Of a stretch of DNA of 64,000 nucleotides, positions 12,133 through 21,370 are shown piece after piece (position 1 is the first letter of the stretch; every line of letters starts with the position of its first letter). The stretch lies in the NCBI GenBank assembly GCA_963716725.1, contig CAVQUB010000032.1, positions 1-64,000 on the forward strand, read 5' to 3'. The notes below the pieces were generated by a model. The model had not been told where the DNA came from. It saw nothing but the letters and a program-made list of their open reading frames with translations, and searched no databases. The DNA is from an uncultured delta proteobacterium (GTDB taxonomy: Bacteria > Myxococcota_A > Polyangia > Polyangiales > Polyangiaceae). A program made the position numbers and the translations under genes.

Positions 12133-13847
12133 GCGCCGGTGAGGCCAGCTTTTGCAAGGCGCTTTTCTTCGGAGTGGTCGCCGAGGATCTCATCTTCCCC
12201 TTTCCGCGGGTCCAGGATGCCGTCATCGCCGAGGTTCACGACCGCGTCACTCGGGTGCGCCGATTCGTCGAGAGCGAGGTCGACTCCTCCGCCATCGACG
12301 GTGACGCTCGGGTCGATGCGAGCACTCTCGGGCGTATGGCCGAGCTGGGACTGTTCGGGCTCTCGGTGCCGCCCGAACTCGGCGGGCTCGGCTTGTCGCG
12401 CATGGCGTCCTGCCGAGTCGTGTCGGAACTCGCCGCGGGCGATCCCTCCCTGGGGCTCGTGGCGGTGGCGCACGAGGCGATTGGCCTGCGGGCGATCCGC
12501 TCATTTGGCAGTCCGGAATTACAGCAGCGTCTGGTGCTGCCCCTGGCGCGTGGGGAGCGTTTGGTGGCGTTTGCGCTCGCGGAAGACATCTCGGGCACCG
12601 ACGCCAGCACCACGCGCACCATCGCCGAGCGCAGCGGTGATGGTTGGGTGCTCGACGGAGACAAACCCTGGGTCACGAACGGCGTGCACGCCGACGTGTT
12701 TGTGGTCCTCGCGCGGACCAGCCGGCTCGACGAAGGCCACAAGCCGCGGCTCACGCCCTTCGTCGTGGAGCGGGGCCCCGGCGTCACCGTGGGCCCGCTT
12801 CGCCCGACGCTCGGCCTCCGCGGCGCGGGCGTCGCTCAAGTGTCGTTCCGAGGCGTGCGCCTGCCCGCGGACGCGATCTTGGGCGAGGTCGGGCGCGGCT
12901 TCCGCGTGGCCATGGAGGTGATGACTGACGCTCGCGTCGCGCTCTCCGCGTGGCTCTTTGGGCAGCTGCGTTCCCTCGTGAGCTGGAGTGTCGCGCGGGT
13001 GCAGGACCGACGCAGCTTTGGCCGCGTGATCGGCGAGTTTCCCATCGTCAAGAACAAGGTCGCCAAGATGCTCGCCGACGCGTTCGCCATCGAGTCGATG
13101 ACCTTTCTAACAGCGGGGCTCATCGACAACGGCGTCGAGGACACGTCGCTCGAGAGCTCGCTGACGAGAATTGCCGCTTCCGAGGCGCTCTGGCGCACGG
13201 CCAACGAAGCCATGCAGATCGCCGGTGGAAGTGGCTATGGCACGGCGCTGCCGCTCGAGCGACGCCTGCGCGACGCCCGCGGCGGGTTGGTGGTCGACGG
13301 CACCAACGAGACCTTGCGCTGCTTCGTCGCGCTCTCGGGGCTGCGGGCCCCTGGCGAGCGGCTGGCTGGCGTCGAACGCGCCATGGTCGAGCCAGTGAAG
13401 GGCTTTGGGCTGCTCCGCGACTTCGCGCTGCGCAAGGTGAGGGGAGCGATCCGACGCGAACGTATGACTCGCGCCCACCCGCTCTTGGGCCGTGAGGCGG
13501 TGATGTTCGAAGAGGGCACGGACGCGCTGCAGCGGGCCGCCGAGCGCGCTCTGCGCGACCACGGCCGGGAGATCGCCGAGGTGCAGCAGGCCCAGCTGCG
13601 CATCGCCAACGTAGTGATGGATCTCTACGCCTTGGCGGCATGCATCGCCCGCACCACGCTGGCGATCGAAGAACGCGGCGAGAGCGGCGCGCGGCGAGAG
13701 ATCGACCTCACCAGTATGTTCGCGGCCGCGGCCCGAGCGCGCATGGAGGAGAACCTCGCTCGCCTCGAGCACGCGGACGACGCTCTGCGCAAGGCCATCG
13801 TGTCGCGCACCTACACCGACGGCGGCTATCCCTTCGACGTGATCTGA
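12129..13847 (+). CDS. Acyl-CoA dehydrogenase family protein (VLCAD-like length)
   Basis: LGLFGLSVPPELGGLG, LDGDKPWVTNG, RRSFGRVI, AMQIAGGSG, DGTNE; start overlaps the upstream stop (GTGA). Confidence 0.88.
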
Positions 13848-13858
13848 GCCGCGCGGAC

Positions 13859-14482
13859 TCAGTCCACGATTTCGGCCTTGGTGATGGCATCCAGCCCGGG
13901 AAATTCGCGATCGAGGTAAGCATTGCCCTCGCGCTGGATCTTGGACTGATCCGGCTTCTGGCCGTGTGCCGAGCTCACCGCCCGTAGCACGTCCATGCCC
14001 TCGACCACCTCGGCGAAGGGCGCGAATCCCATGGCATCGAGCCGCGCGTTGTCGCCGAGGTTCACGAAGACCTGAGTGGTGCGCGAGCCGGGGCCGGCCA
14101 TGGCAAACGAGAGGCGTCCCGACGCGTTGGACTCCTTGACCGGATCATCTGGGAACTTCGCCGGGCGCCAGCGGCTCATCACGGGCTCCCCGTCGCCGTG
14201 GATCCCCCATTGGGCGACGAAGCCCGGCACCACGCGGAAGAAGCGCGTTCCGTCGTAGAACCCGAGCTTCACCAGGTTGTAGAAACGCACGGCGCCGTTG
14301 GGAGACCAGTCACGGACCACTCGCACCACGAAGCTGCCCCGTGTGGTCGAAAATCGCGCTTTGTACTCGGCGGGCGCGTCGAGCGTGGCCTGCTCTGGTC
14401 CGGGAACGGCCTTGCCCGGCGGAGACTTCTGTGACGGACAGGCGGTGATGAGGAGGGCGGCGCCGAACGCTGCGATGCGCAT
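13859..14482 (-). CDS. Cyclophilin-type peptidyl-prolyl isomerase, probable lipoprotein
   Basis: MRIAAFGAALLITAC lipobox; FFRVVPGFVAQWG, SFAMAGPGSRTTQVFVN, VVEGMDV. Confidence 0.9.
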   Translation of the reverse strand: MRIAAFGAALLITACPSQKSPPGKAVPGPEQATLDAPAEYKARFSTTRGSFVVRVVRDWSPNGAVRFYNLVKLGFYDGTRFFRVVPGFVAQWGIHGDGEPVMSRWRPAKFPDDPVKESNASGRLSFAMAGPGSRTTQVFVNLGDNARLDAMGFAPFAEVVEGMDVLRAVSSAHGQKPDQSKIQREGNAYLDREFPGLDAITKAEIVD

Positions 14483-14522
14483 GCAGGGATTGGTACACCC
14501 GAGATCCGGAGGCAGGGAAGGC

Positions 14523-16300
14523 TCAGACAGGGCCGGGGGCATCCAGCGCCGGACGGGGCGGCGGCGCACTCGGGGATCCCCCGAACCGTCGCTCGACGCC
14601 ATGAGAGTGCTCGCCATCACCGTGCTCGACGGTGAGCCTTCGCGCGCCGACATCAGCATCGACTCCGTGATGCGCGCCAGCTCGTCGAAGCTACGGAGGG
14701 TCCACTCGGGGTGCTCCTCGAACTCGAGATGCGGCGTGTGTCCGGGCCCGCTGACCCGGAGCACGCTGCGCCGAGAGAAGCCCAGGGCGTCGAGGGTCTC
14801 GAGCACGTGTGCCTCGGGGGCCACCGGGTCGCTCTTGGCGACGACGATTGCGCAGCGATCGAGTCGATCGGCGGGCTCAGGTCGAGCCCGGGCCAGTGAC
14901 CGACAGAACTGGGCCAGTGACCGGGCTGGGATCGCCAAGAACTGCTCGAGCATCCGCTCGCGCTCGACCACCTTGTAGGCTGCGAGCGCCGGACCGAACC
15001 TGAAGACGAGCTGGCCGAGCCAACGCTTCAGTGTCCCGACGCGACCCAAGACCCGCAGCGTCGCGGAGAGGATCAGCAGCCCCCACCGCAAATGCGCCGG
15101 GTGGCCGGGAACACCGGCGTCACGGCCACGCGCGAGGTGCGCTCGCCGAGCCGTTCGTCCGACACACCCAAGAGCGCCGTCGCCGAGGCGGAGTGGCCCA
15201 CGAGCACGGTCGGCAGCTCGCGCACACCCAAGAGGTCGAGCCATCGCTCCAGCGTGTCGACGAGGTTCGTGGTCGTGAAGCAGTCGAGCGCGGCGCCTTC
15301 GTCGAAGGGCGACTCTCCGGCGCCGAGCAGATCGGGGGCCAACACCACGGCTTGCGGGTGGTTGCGGCAGATGTTGGCCGCCACCGCGGACCAGACTGCC
15401 CGCGTACACAGGGTCCCATGCACCAGGACGACGATGTCGGTGGCACGAGACAGCACCATCGAGTCGGCGATGGATCCGAGCCGACTCTCGTGCGCGTACA
15501 TCGAGAAGGCGAGCTCGGTGAGTCCTGCGCTTGCGAGGAGCGATCGCACTGAACCCTTCGGCAGGAGATCGGCGCGTTCGATCGCCGAGACCGCGTAGTC
15601 GGCTCGGGCGACGTCGTGGGAAACGCGCTCGACGCTTCGAGCGGCGCTGCACCAGGCGAAGGGAGCGCGGACCCTCAGCTCCGGGGCCAGTCGCACCGGG
15701 GGCGCGTTGCCTCGAAACGAGATCCCGGAGAGCGCTTCGGCGAAATCCCCCATGCTCTCGTAGCGCTCGCCAGGCTCCGGCGCGCAGGCCCGCCGCACGA
15801 TGGTCCGCAGCGCTTCGGGGATGCTCTCCGGAAGCTGAGCCAGCGCTTGGTCGATGTGCGGCGAGACGGGCCCCCCCGCCAGCATTTCCAGCAGGGTTCG
15901 CCCGAGCGCGAATTGATCCGCGGCCGGGCCGACGCCGACGCCTCGAATTTGCTCGGGGGCCATGTATCCCGGCGTGCCCGCGCGCAGCGACGTCCCGTCG
16001 AGGCTCTCGCCAGCGATGGTCGCCAGCCCGAAGTCCCCCATGAAGGCGTTACCGCGACTGTCGAGCAGGATGTTTCCCGGTTTCGCGTCGCTCGCGATCG
16101 AAGAAGCGGCGTGACCGCCCGCGAAACGACGGGTTGTCTTTCAGCAGCTTCACCGCCGCCGAGCTCTCGGTGTGCCGATGCCAGCCGAGCCAGACCTCCC
16201 CCATGGCGCCGCTGCCCAAGCGCCGCTTGAGCACATACGAGCCCACGACCCGCTCAGCCTGTCCCTCGCGGGCGTCCCTCGTCCCCCCCAAGTCCGCCAT
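14523..16300 (-). pseudogene. Disrupted Ser/Thr kinase fused to an alpha/beta hydrolase (internal deletion plus frameshifts)
   Basis: GSGAMGEVW/AVK jumps directly to DAKPGNILL/GDFG/GTPGYMAPE; hydrolase motifs VLVHG, VGHSAS, SDPVAP, GHTPHLE; frame changes near 16085 and 15105; 3' end approximate. Confidence 0.72.
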
Positions 16301-16345
16301 CGGCCGTCAGTCTAGCTCACCCGGGGGATCGGGCGGTGACGGGGT

Positions 16346-17155
16346 TCAGAGCTCCACTCGGACAATCCAAGCCCGGGCCGCCCAGTCCCTGAACCACGCG
16401 CTCAGCTCTCGCTCGAGCACCTCGGCTTCCCGGGGGGCCCGGCTCACCGCCTGAGCCGCGGCGGGGACCAGCGCCACTCCGGAGTGCAGCGCCTCGAGCA
16501 GCGCGAACTGAGCGTCGCCGACGATCTCGTGTCGGAGATCTCGGTCGAGTCCTCGGTACACGACCAGATTCTGGGCGGACGGCTCGGGGAGCTCGAACGC
16601 GCGTTTCAGCCGGATCTCGCGCCGCAGCGCCGCCACCGGGTAGCGCACCCGCAAGAGCCGCAACGCGGGGTTGAGCACCAGGCGTGCGCTCTCCCAGGCG
16701 CGCTCGGGGATAAGGGCGAGCTTCTCGGGATCGAGGGGCGCGGCATCCGCCGCGTCGAAGACCTCGATGTAGGCCCACTCGACGCGAGTCATGTCCACGC
16801 ACAGGTCATGGCGCGGAAGCCAGGACGAGCCCTCGACGAAGTCTGGCATCCGATGGCCGAGATCGCGCAGGCTGAACGAGGTGGGTGGGTGAGCGGCCAG
16901 GTACTCTTCGACCAGGCGCTCCCAATGCCCTTGCTCGAGCAGCCCGCTGAGACCCTCGAAGTCGTCGAGCAGGCAACTGGTGTGGCGCAGCCAAAACTGC
17001 TCACGGTAGATCTCGATCTGTTCGGCTGGCGAGAGACGGTCGTTGCCGGCAGCGATCTGAGCCGCCAGCTCGCTCGCGTCCGGATCGGTGTCGATGGCGC
17101 GGCGACGCTGCAGGAGTTCCGCGAGCTGGGCCTGAAGGGCGGCGACGGTACTCAC
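16346..17155 (-). CDS. DUF2063-type MNIO partner protein (HvfC/BufC-like)
   Basis: LSPAEQIEIYREQFWLRH...EYLAAHPPTSFSLRDLG...RVEWA; GTG start overlaps the DUF692 stop. Confidence 0.85.
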   Translation of the reverse strand: MSTVAALQAQLAELLQRRRAIDTDPDASELAAQIAAGNDRLSPAEQIEIYREQFWLRHTSCLLDDFEGLSGLLEQGHWERLVEEYLAAHPPTSFSLRDLGHRMPDFVEGSSWLPRHDLCVDMTRVEWAYIEVFDAADAAPLDPEKLALIPERAWESARLVLNPALRLLRVRYPVAALRREIRLKRAFELPEPSAQNLVVYRGLDRDLRHEIVGDAQFALLEALHSGVALVPAAAQAVSRAPREAEVLERELSAWFRDWAARAWIVRVEL

Positions 17156-18123
17156 TCGGCGTCTCCGTCGTTCGTCGCGTGCTCGCGGGGTCCACCTTGG
17201 GCCCAACCACGGTGCGCGCCGGGAGTTGCGGGTGAGACGCGAGGTGCTCCGTGGGCTGTCTCCAGATCGCCCCGCCGACCGGCTTGCCGACTCTCGACGG
17301 CCCGATCACGAACCGCGCGCGCGCGGCTGGCCTCGGCGGCCAACACCGAAAACTCCGGGATCCGGTCGTCCCACTCGATCAGCGTCGACACCGAACCCGT
17401 CAGCTCGATGGTCTCGCGATACAGGTCCCAGACCGGATCGATGACGGGTCCGCCGTGAGTGTCGATGATGTACTTCCCGAGGTTGTCGTGGCCGGCCAAA
17501 TGGATCTGAACGATGCGCTCGTGGGGGACGTTTCGCACGAACTCGTAGGGGTCGAAGCCGTGGTTGTAGGCGGAGACGTAGACGTTGTTGACGTCGAACA
17601 AGAGGCCGATGTCGGCGGCTTCGGCGATGCGCGAGACGAACTCCCACTCGGGCATCGTGCTCGAAGCGTAGGTCATGTAGCTGGATGTGTTCTCGAGCAA
17701 AAGGCGGACGCCGAGGGTGTCTTGCACGCGTTTCGCCCTTTCGCTCACCAACCGCACGACCTCTTCCGTGTAGGGCAGCGGCAATAGGTCGTGAAGGTTC
17801 GCGCCGTTGGCGCTGGACCAGCACAAGTGATCGCTCACCCACGGGGTGCCCGTCTCACGGGCGAGCTTGGCGAGGGCTCGCAGGTAGTCGTCGTCCGGCG
17901 CACTGGGCCCGCCGATGCCCAGGGAGACTCCGTGTTGCACCACGCGGTAGGTCTCCCGGACGGCCGAGAGGTGGTAGCGAGGCTTGCCGCCAGCGACCAT
18001 GAAGTTTTCGCTTATCACCTCGAAGAAGTCGACGCTGGGCCGATTCTCGAGGATGTGTCGGTAGTGCGGCACGCGAAGGCCGACGCCGATTCCGAGATCT
18101 GGGAGTCCGAGTCGAGGGGTCAT
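17152..18123 (-). CDS. DUF692 multinuclear non-heme iron oxidative enzyme (MNIO, BufB/HvfB-like)
   Basis: GVGLRVPHY, FEVISENF, HGVSL, WVSDHL, DLLPLPY, ENTSSY, DVNNVYVS, HLAGH, IDTHG, LIEWD. Confidence 0.95.
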   Translation of the reverse strand: MTPRLGLPDLGIGVGLRVPHYRHILENRPSVDFFEVISENFMVAGGKPRYHLSAVRETYRVVQHGVSLGIGGPSAPDDDYLRALAKLARETGTPWVSDHLCWSSANGANLHDLLPLPYTEEVVRLVSERAKRVQDTLGVRLLLENTSSYMTYASSTMPEWEFVSRIAEAADIGLLFDVNNVYVSAYNHGFDPYEFVRNVPHERIVQIHLAGHDNLGKYIIDTHGGPVIDPVWDLYRETIELTGSVSTLIEWDDRIPEFSVLAAEASRARAVRDRAVESRQAGRRGDLETAHGAPRVSPATPGAHRGWAQGGPREHATNDGDAE

Positions 18124-18136
18124 CGTTCATTGAGAA

Positions 18137-18169
18137 CGGCCCGCGCTCGGTTGGACTCCGCGCGGGCCG
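18137..18169 (-). terminator. GC-rich stem-loop between the RiPP precursor and MNIO genes
   Basis: Perfect 10-bp inverted repeat CGGCCCGCGC (18137-18146) / GCGCGGGCCG (18160-18169). Confidence 0.6.
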
Positions 18170-18189
18170 CTGCCGTCAGGTCGTGATCG

Positions 18190-18462
18190 TCACTTCGGGC
18201 AATGCGCGTTGCAGCCGCCCTTGCCCTTGCACTCGTTCTTGCCCGCGCACTCGTTCTTGCCTTCGACCTTGCAGGCACCCTTGCCCGCACACTCGTGCTG
18301 ACCCTTGCAGCAGGCCTTTGCTCCCGCGGCTGCGCCGGCGGGATCTCCCGCGCCCGGCGCCTTCGCTTCGGGTTGGTTGCCGCCGCAGGCCACGGCTCCG
18401 AGCATGAGCCCTGCCGACGCTGCTGCCGTGATGGTCTGGGAAAGATTGAACGCCATTGCCAT
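18190..18462 (-). CDS. Cys-rich MNIO RiPP precursor (bufferin BufA2-like) with lipoprotein signal
   Basis: GAGGAG Shine-Dalgarno; 90 aa; hydrophobic leader ending LGAVA-C; Ala/Gly/Pro linker; core CCKGQHECAGKGACKVEGKNECAGKNECKGKGGCNAHCPK; first gene of the DUF692-DUF2063 operon. Confidence 0.88.
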   Translation of the reverse strand: MAMAFNLSQTITAAASAGLMLGAVACGGNQPEAKAPGAGDPAGAAAGAKACCKGQHECAGKGACKVEGKNECAGKNECKGKGGCNAHCPK

Positions 18463-18643
18463 GTCTCCTCTTGGTTCGTGCCGACGCATCCCGAGGGATG
18501 CCGTCCGCCCCTGCGGGGCACGCACTTGATTACGCGCCGGGACTGTACTGGTTTCGGTCGAAATTGAAACGAACGAGCCAGAGTTCTGTGCCCGACGGGA
18601 ACAGCGACTCGCTCTCGGACCCAAATCTCGGTAGATCGCAGGG

Positions 18644-20011
18644 ATGGCTGCCATGACTCTGCCCGCTGCCTTCGTCGCCCGCCGCCGCCGGCTGCAAGAC
18701 CGACTCGCGGGTCCCGCGTTGATCGTGTCGGGGCACGCGCGACCGAGGAACTTCCTCGCCAATCGCTATCCATTCCGGGCGGAGAGCCACTTTCTCTACC
18801 TGGTCGGCAGGCCCCTCGAAGGCGCTGCGCTCTGGATGGATCCCGCGAGGGCGGTTCTCTACGCGGAGCCTCCCGATCCCGTCGAAGCGCTGTGGAGCGG
18901 GCCCATGCCGACCCTCGCAGCGCTGTCGCGCGAGCTCGAGGTCGAGGTCCGCCCCATCCAAGAGCTCACGGCAGACGAAAGGTGTGCGGTGCTCCCGCCT
19001 CAAGACCGCGAGACCGCCAACTGGCTCGAGGAGATCGTCAATCGCCCCATCGACGCGGGCGGTGCCGAGCTCGCCGAAGCCGATGCCGCGCTGGCGGACG
19101 CGATCATCGAGCTTCGCCTCAGGCACGACGCGGCGGCCGTCGAGCAGTTGCGCACGGCGGCGAGCGTCACGGGGCTGGCGCACCTCGCGGGCATGCGAGC
19201 GACTCGAGCGGGCGTGCGCGAGTGCGTGGTGAGAGCGGCGATGGAAGCGGCCATCATCGGCCAGGGAATGACCACGGCCTACGGCTCGATCGTCACGGTT
19301 CACGGCGAGGTTCTGCACAACGAGCGGCACGACGGCGAGCTGTCGGCGGGGGACTTGTTGCTCGCCGACGTCGGTGCCGAGACACCCGAAGGCTGGGCTG
19401 GCGACGTGACGCGAACCTGGCCGGTTTCCGGGACATTCAGCGGCTCGCAGCGGGAGGTGTATCAAGTCGTGCTGGCCGCGCAGACCGAGGCGATCGCTGC
19501 GATTCGGCCAGGAGCGAGCTTCCGCGAGGTGCACCGGATCGCCGGTCGGGCGCTGGTGCGCGGGCTGACCGAGATCGGGCTCCTGCGCGGTGATGCTCGC
19601 GAGCTCTACGAGCGCGGCGCCGCCGCCTTGTTCTTCCCGCACGGCATCGGCCACCTCTTGGGCCTCGACGTGCACGACATGGAAGACCTGGGCGATCGCG
19701 CGGGCTACGCCCCAGGCCGCCTGCGCTCGAACTCGGGAGGTGAGCGCTACCTCCGGCTCGACCGCGAGCTCGAGCCCGGGATGTGCGTGACCATCGAGCC
19801 GGGCTACTACCGAATCCCCTTCATCCTCGATGACCCGCGCCAGATCGGCGACCTCGAGTCCGCCCTCGATCGAAACGTGCTTGCCCGCCTCGCCGACGTT
19901 CGCGGCGTCCGTATCGAAGACGATGTGCTCGTCACCGAGAGTGGCGCGGAGATCTTGACCGCGACACTCCCGAAAGCGGCCTCGGACGTCGAGGCACTGG
20001 TCGGATCGTGA
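18644..20011 (+). CDS. pepP: Xaa-Pro aminopeptidase (aminopeptidase P)
   Basis: YPFRAESHFLYL, LADVGAE, GDVTRTWP, HGIGHLLGLDVHD, TIEPG, GVRIEDD. Confidence 0.92.
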   Translation: MAAMTLPAAFVARRRRLQDRLAGPALIVSGHARPRNFLANRYPFRAESHFLYLVGRPLEGAALWMDPARAVLYAEPPDPVEALWSGPMPTLAALSRELEVEVRPIQELTADERCAVLPPQDRETANWLEEIVNRPIDAGGAELAEADAALADAIIELRLRHDAAAVEQLRTAASVTGLAHLAGMRATRAGVRECVVRAAMEAAIIGQGMTTAYGSIVTVHGEVLHNERHDGELSAGDLLLADVGAETPEGWAGDVTRTWPVSGTFSGSQREVYQVVLAAQTEAIAAIRPGASFREVHRIAGRALVRGLTEIGLLRGDARELYERGAAALFFPHGIGHLLGLDVHDMEDLGDRAGYAPGRLRSNSGGERYLRLDRELEPGMCVTIEPGYYRIPFILDDPRQIGDLESALDRNVLARLADVRGVRIEDDVLVTESGAEILTATLPKAASDVEALVGS

Positions 20012-20020
20012 CCCGAACGC

Positions 20021-21232
20021 TCAGGCGCGCGCGCCCACGACCCGCGCCTCGGCGTCGAGTACGACCTGTTTCCAGCTCGCGTCCACCGGCGCGATGAGCT
20101 GGGTGACGTCGGCGGGGTTTGCTCCGCCCGCGATCGCTTCGCGCGTCTCCGCCGAGCCGGTGAGCAGGTCGAAGGCCGGCACCTCTGCCTCGAACTCGTA
20201 GGTCTGGGTTCGGAAGGCGAAGGACTCGGGGGCCTGAAGGCGACAGAGCGCAATCAGCGTCAGATAGGCGGCGACCGGGCGGAACAGTCCCGGATCGGTG
20301 ACCTGGAGGAAGACCCCGCTACAGACTTCGCCGGCGTGTTTCTCGAACGATGGACGGAATTGGGTCGCGCGGACCTGCGCACCGACGATCCGGTGTTCGT
20401 CGAGGGCGCGCGCGAGCCGAACGCCATCCAAGTAAGGCGCTCCGATCAGCTGAAATGGCCGCGTCGTGCCCCGTCCTTCGGAGAGGTTCGTGCCCTCGAG
20501 CAGGCAGCCCCCCGGGTAGACCAACGCCGTCTCGAGAGTTGGCATGTTGGGTGACGGGGGCGAGAAGGGGCGACCCCAGGCCGACGCGGTGCGGAAGCGC
20601 TCCCACCCCAGCGTGGGAACGATCGAGAGCGCTCCCTCGGGGCCGAGCGGGAGTCCGTCTCGCTCCGCGAAGAGCGCGACGAGCTCGCCCAGCGTCAGCG
20701 CGTGGCGGATCGGGAGCGGCTCGAGCCCCACGAAGGACAGGAAGCCTTCCTTCTGCGGCGCGCCCTCCAGCGTAGTGGGATCACCGGAGATGGGGTTGGG
20801 CCGGTCCAGGATCACGACGTGCACGCCGGCTTTCGCGGCGGCGCGAGCCACGAGCAGCGCGGACCACGCGTAGGTGTAGTAGCGGCTCCCGACGTCGACC
20901 AGATCGATCACCAAGACGTCGAGCTGCGAGAGCTGCTCGGCGGTCGGTTCGAGTGACTCTTTGCTGCTGCCGTAGAGGCTGACCACGAGCGGCCCCTCTC
21001 CCGGCTCTCCACTCGGCACGGGCTCCTCGGCCTGCGCGACCCCCTCGAGGCCGTGCTCGGGAGTGAAGACCACCGAGGGACTCGCGCCGAGCTCCTCGAG
21101 GACCATGAGCAGGCTGCGCCCCCTTCGATCGACCGCCGCGCCGTGGGTGAGGGTCCCGACTCGGGCGTCCCGAAGGCGCCGGCGGAGGTGGGAGAGGTGG
21201 CCGCTGAAGAGTTGGTCGGAGCCGGTGAGCAT
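20021..21232 (-). CDS. namZ: DUF1343 exo-beta-N-acetylmuramidase NamZ family
   Basis: FTPEHG, SLYG, DVGSRYYTY, LDRPNP, PPSPNMP, EGTNLSEGRGTTRPF. Confidence 0.88.
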   Translation of the reverse strand: MLTGSDQLFSGHLSHLRRRLRDARVGTLTHGAAVDRRGRSLLMVLEELGASPSVVFTPEHGLEGVAQAEEPVPSGEPGEGPLVVSLYGSSKESLEPTAEQLSQLDVLVIDLVDVGSRYYTYAWSALLVARAAAKAGVHVVILDRPNPISGDPTTLEGAPQKEGFLSFVGLEPLPIRHALTLGELVALFAERDGLPLGPEGALSIVPTLGWERFRTASAWGRPFSPPSPNMPTLETALVYPGGCLLEGTNLSEGRGTTRPFQLIGAPYLDGVRLARALDEHRIVGAQVRATQFRPSFEKHAGEVCSGVFLQVTDPGLFRPVAAYLTLIALCRLQAPESFAFRTQTYEFEAEVPAFDLLTGSAETREAIAGGANPADVTQLIAPVDASWKQVVLDAEARVVGARA

Positions 21233-21370
21233 GGGGGAGGTCTACGCCAAACCGGGGCGCCGGCGAAGCGAAAGCTCGCTGAAATGGTCGGGTTCGTCCC
21301 CGGAGCGGGTGGCGGGGAGGTACGCAATCAGTTGCTAGCCGCCCGGCGCGGGACTAGCATTTTTTGCACA

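Noticed and set aside
13859..15652. 597-aa hydrolase-cyclophilin fusion in the ORF track
   Set aside because: The cyclophilin has its own lipoprotein signal at 14482; the read-through is better explained by a frameshift at the end of the disrupted upstream gene.
18644..20011. Aminopeptidase P as the maturation protease of the MNIO RiPP
   Set aside because: It is divergently transcribed, lacks a signal peptide and is a common housekeeping enzyme, while the precursor has its own export signal; only conserved synteny would revive the idea.
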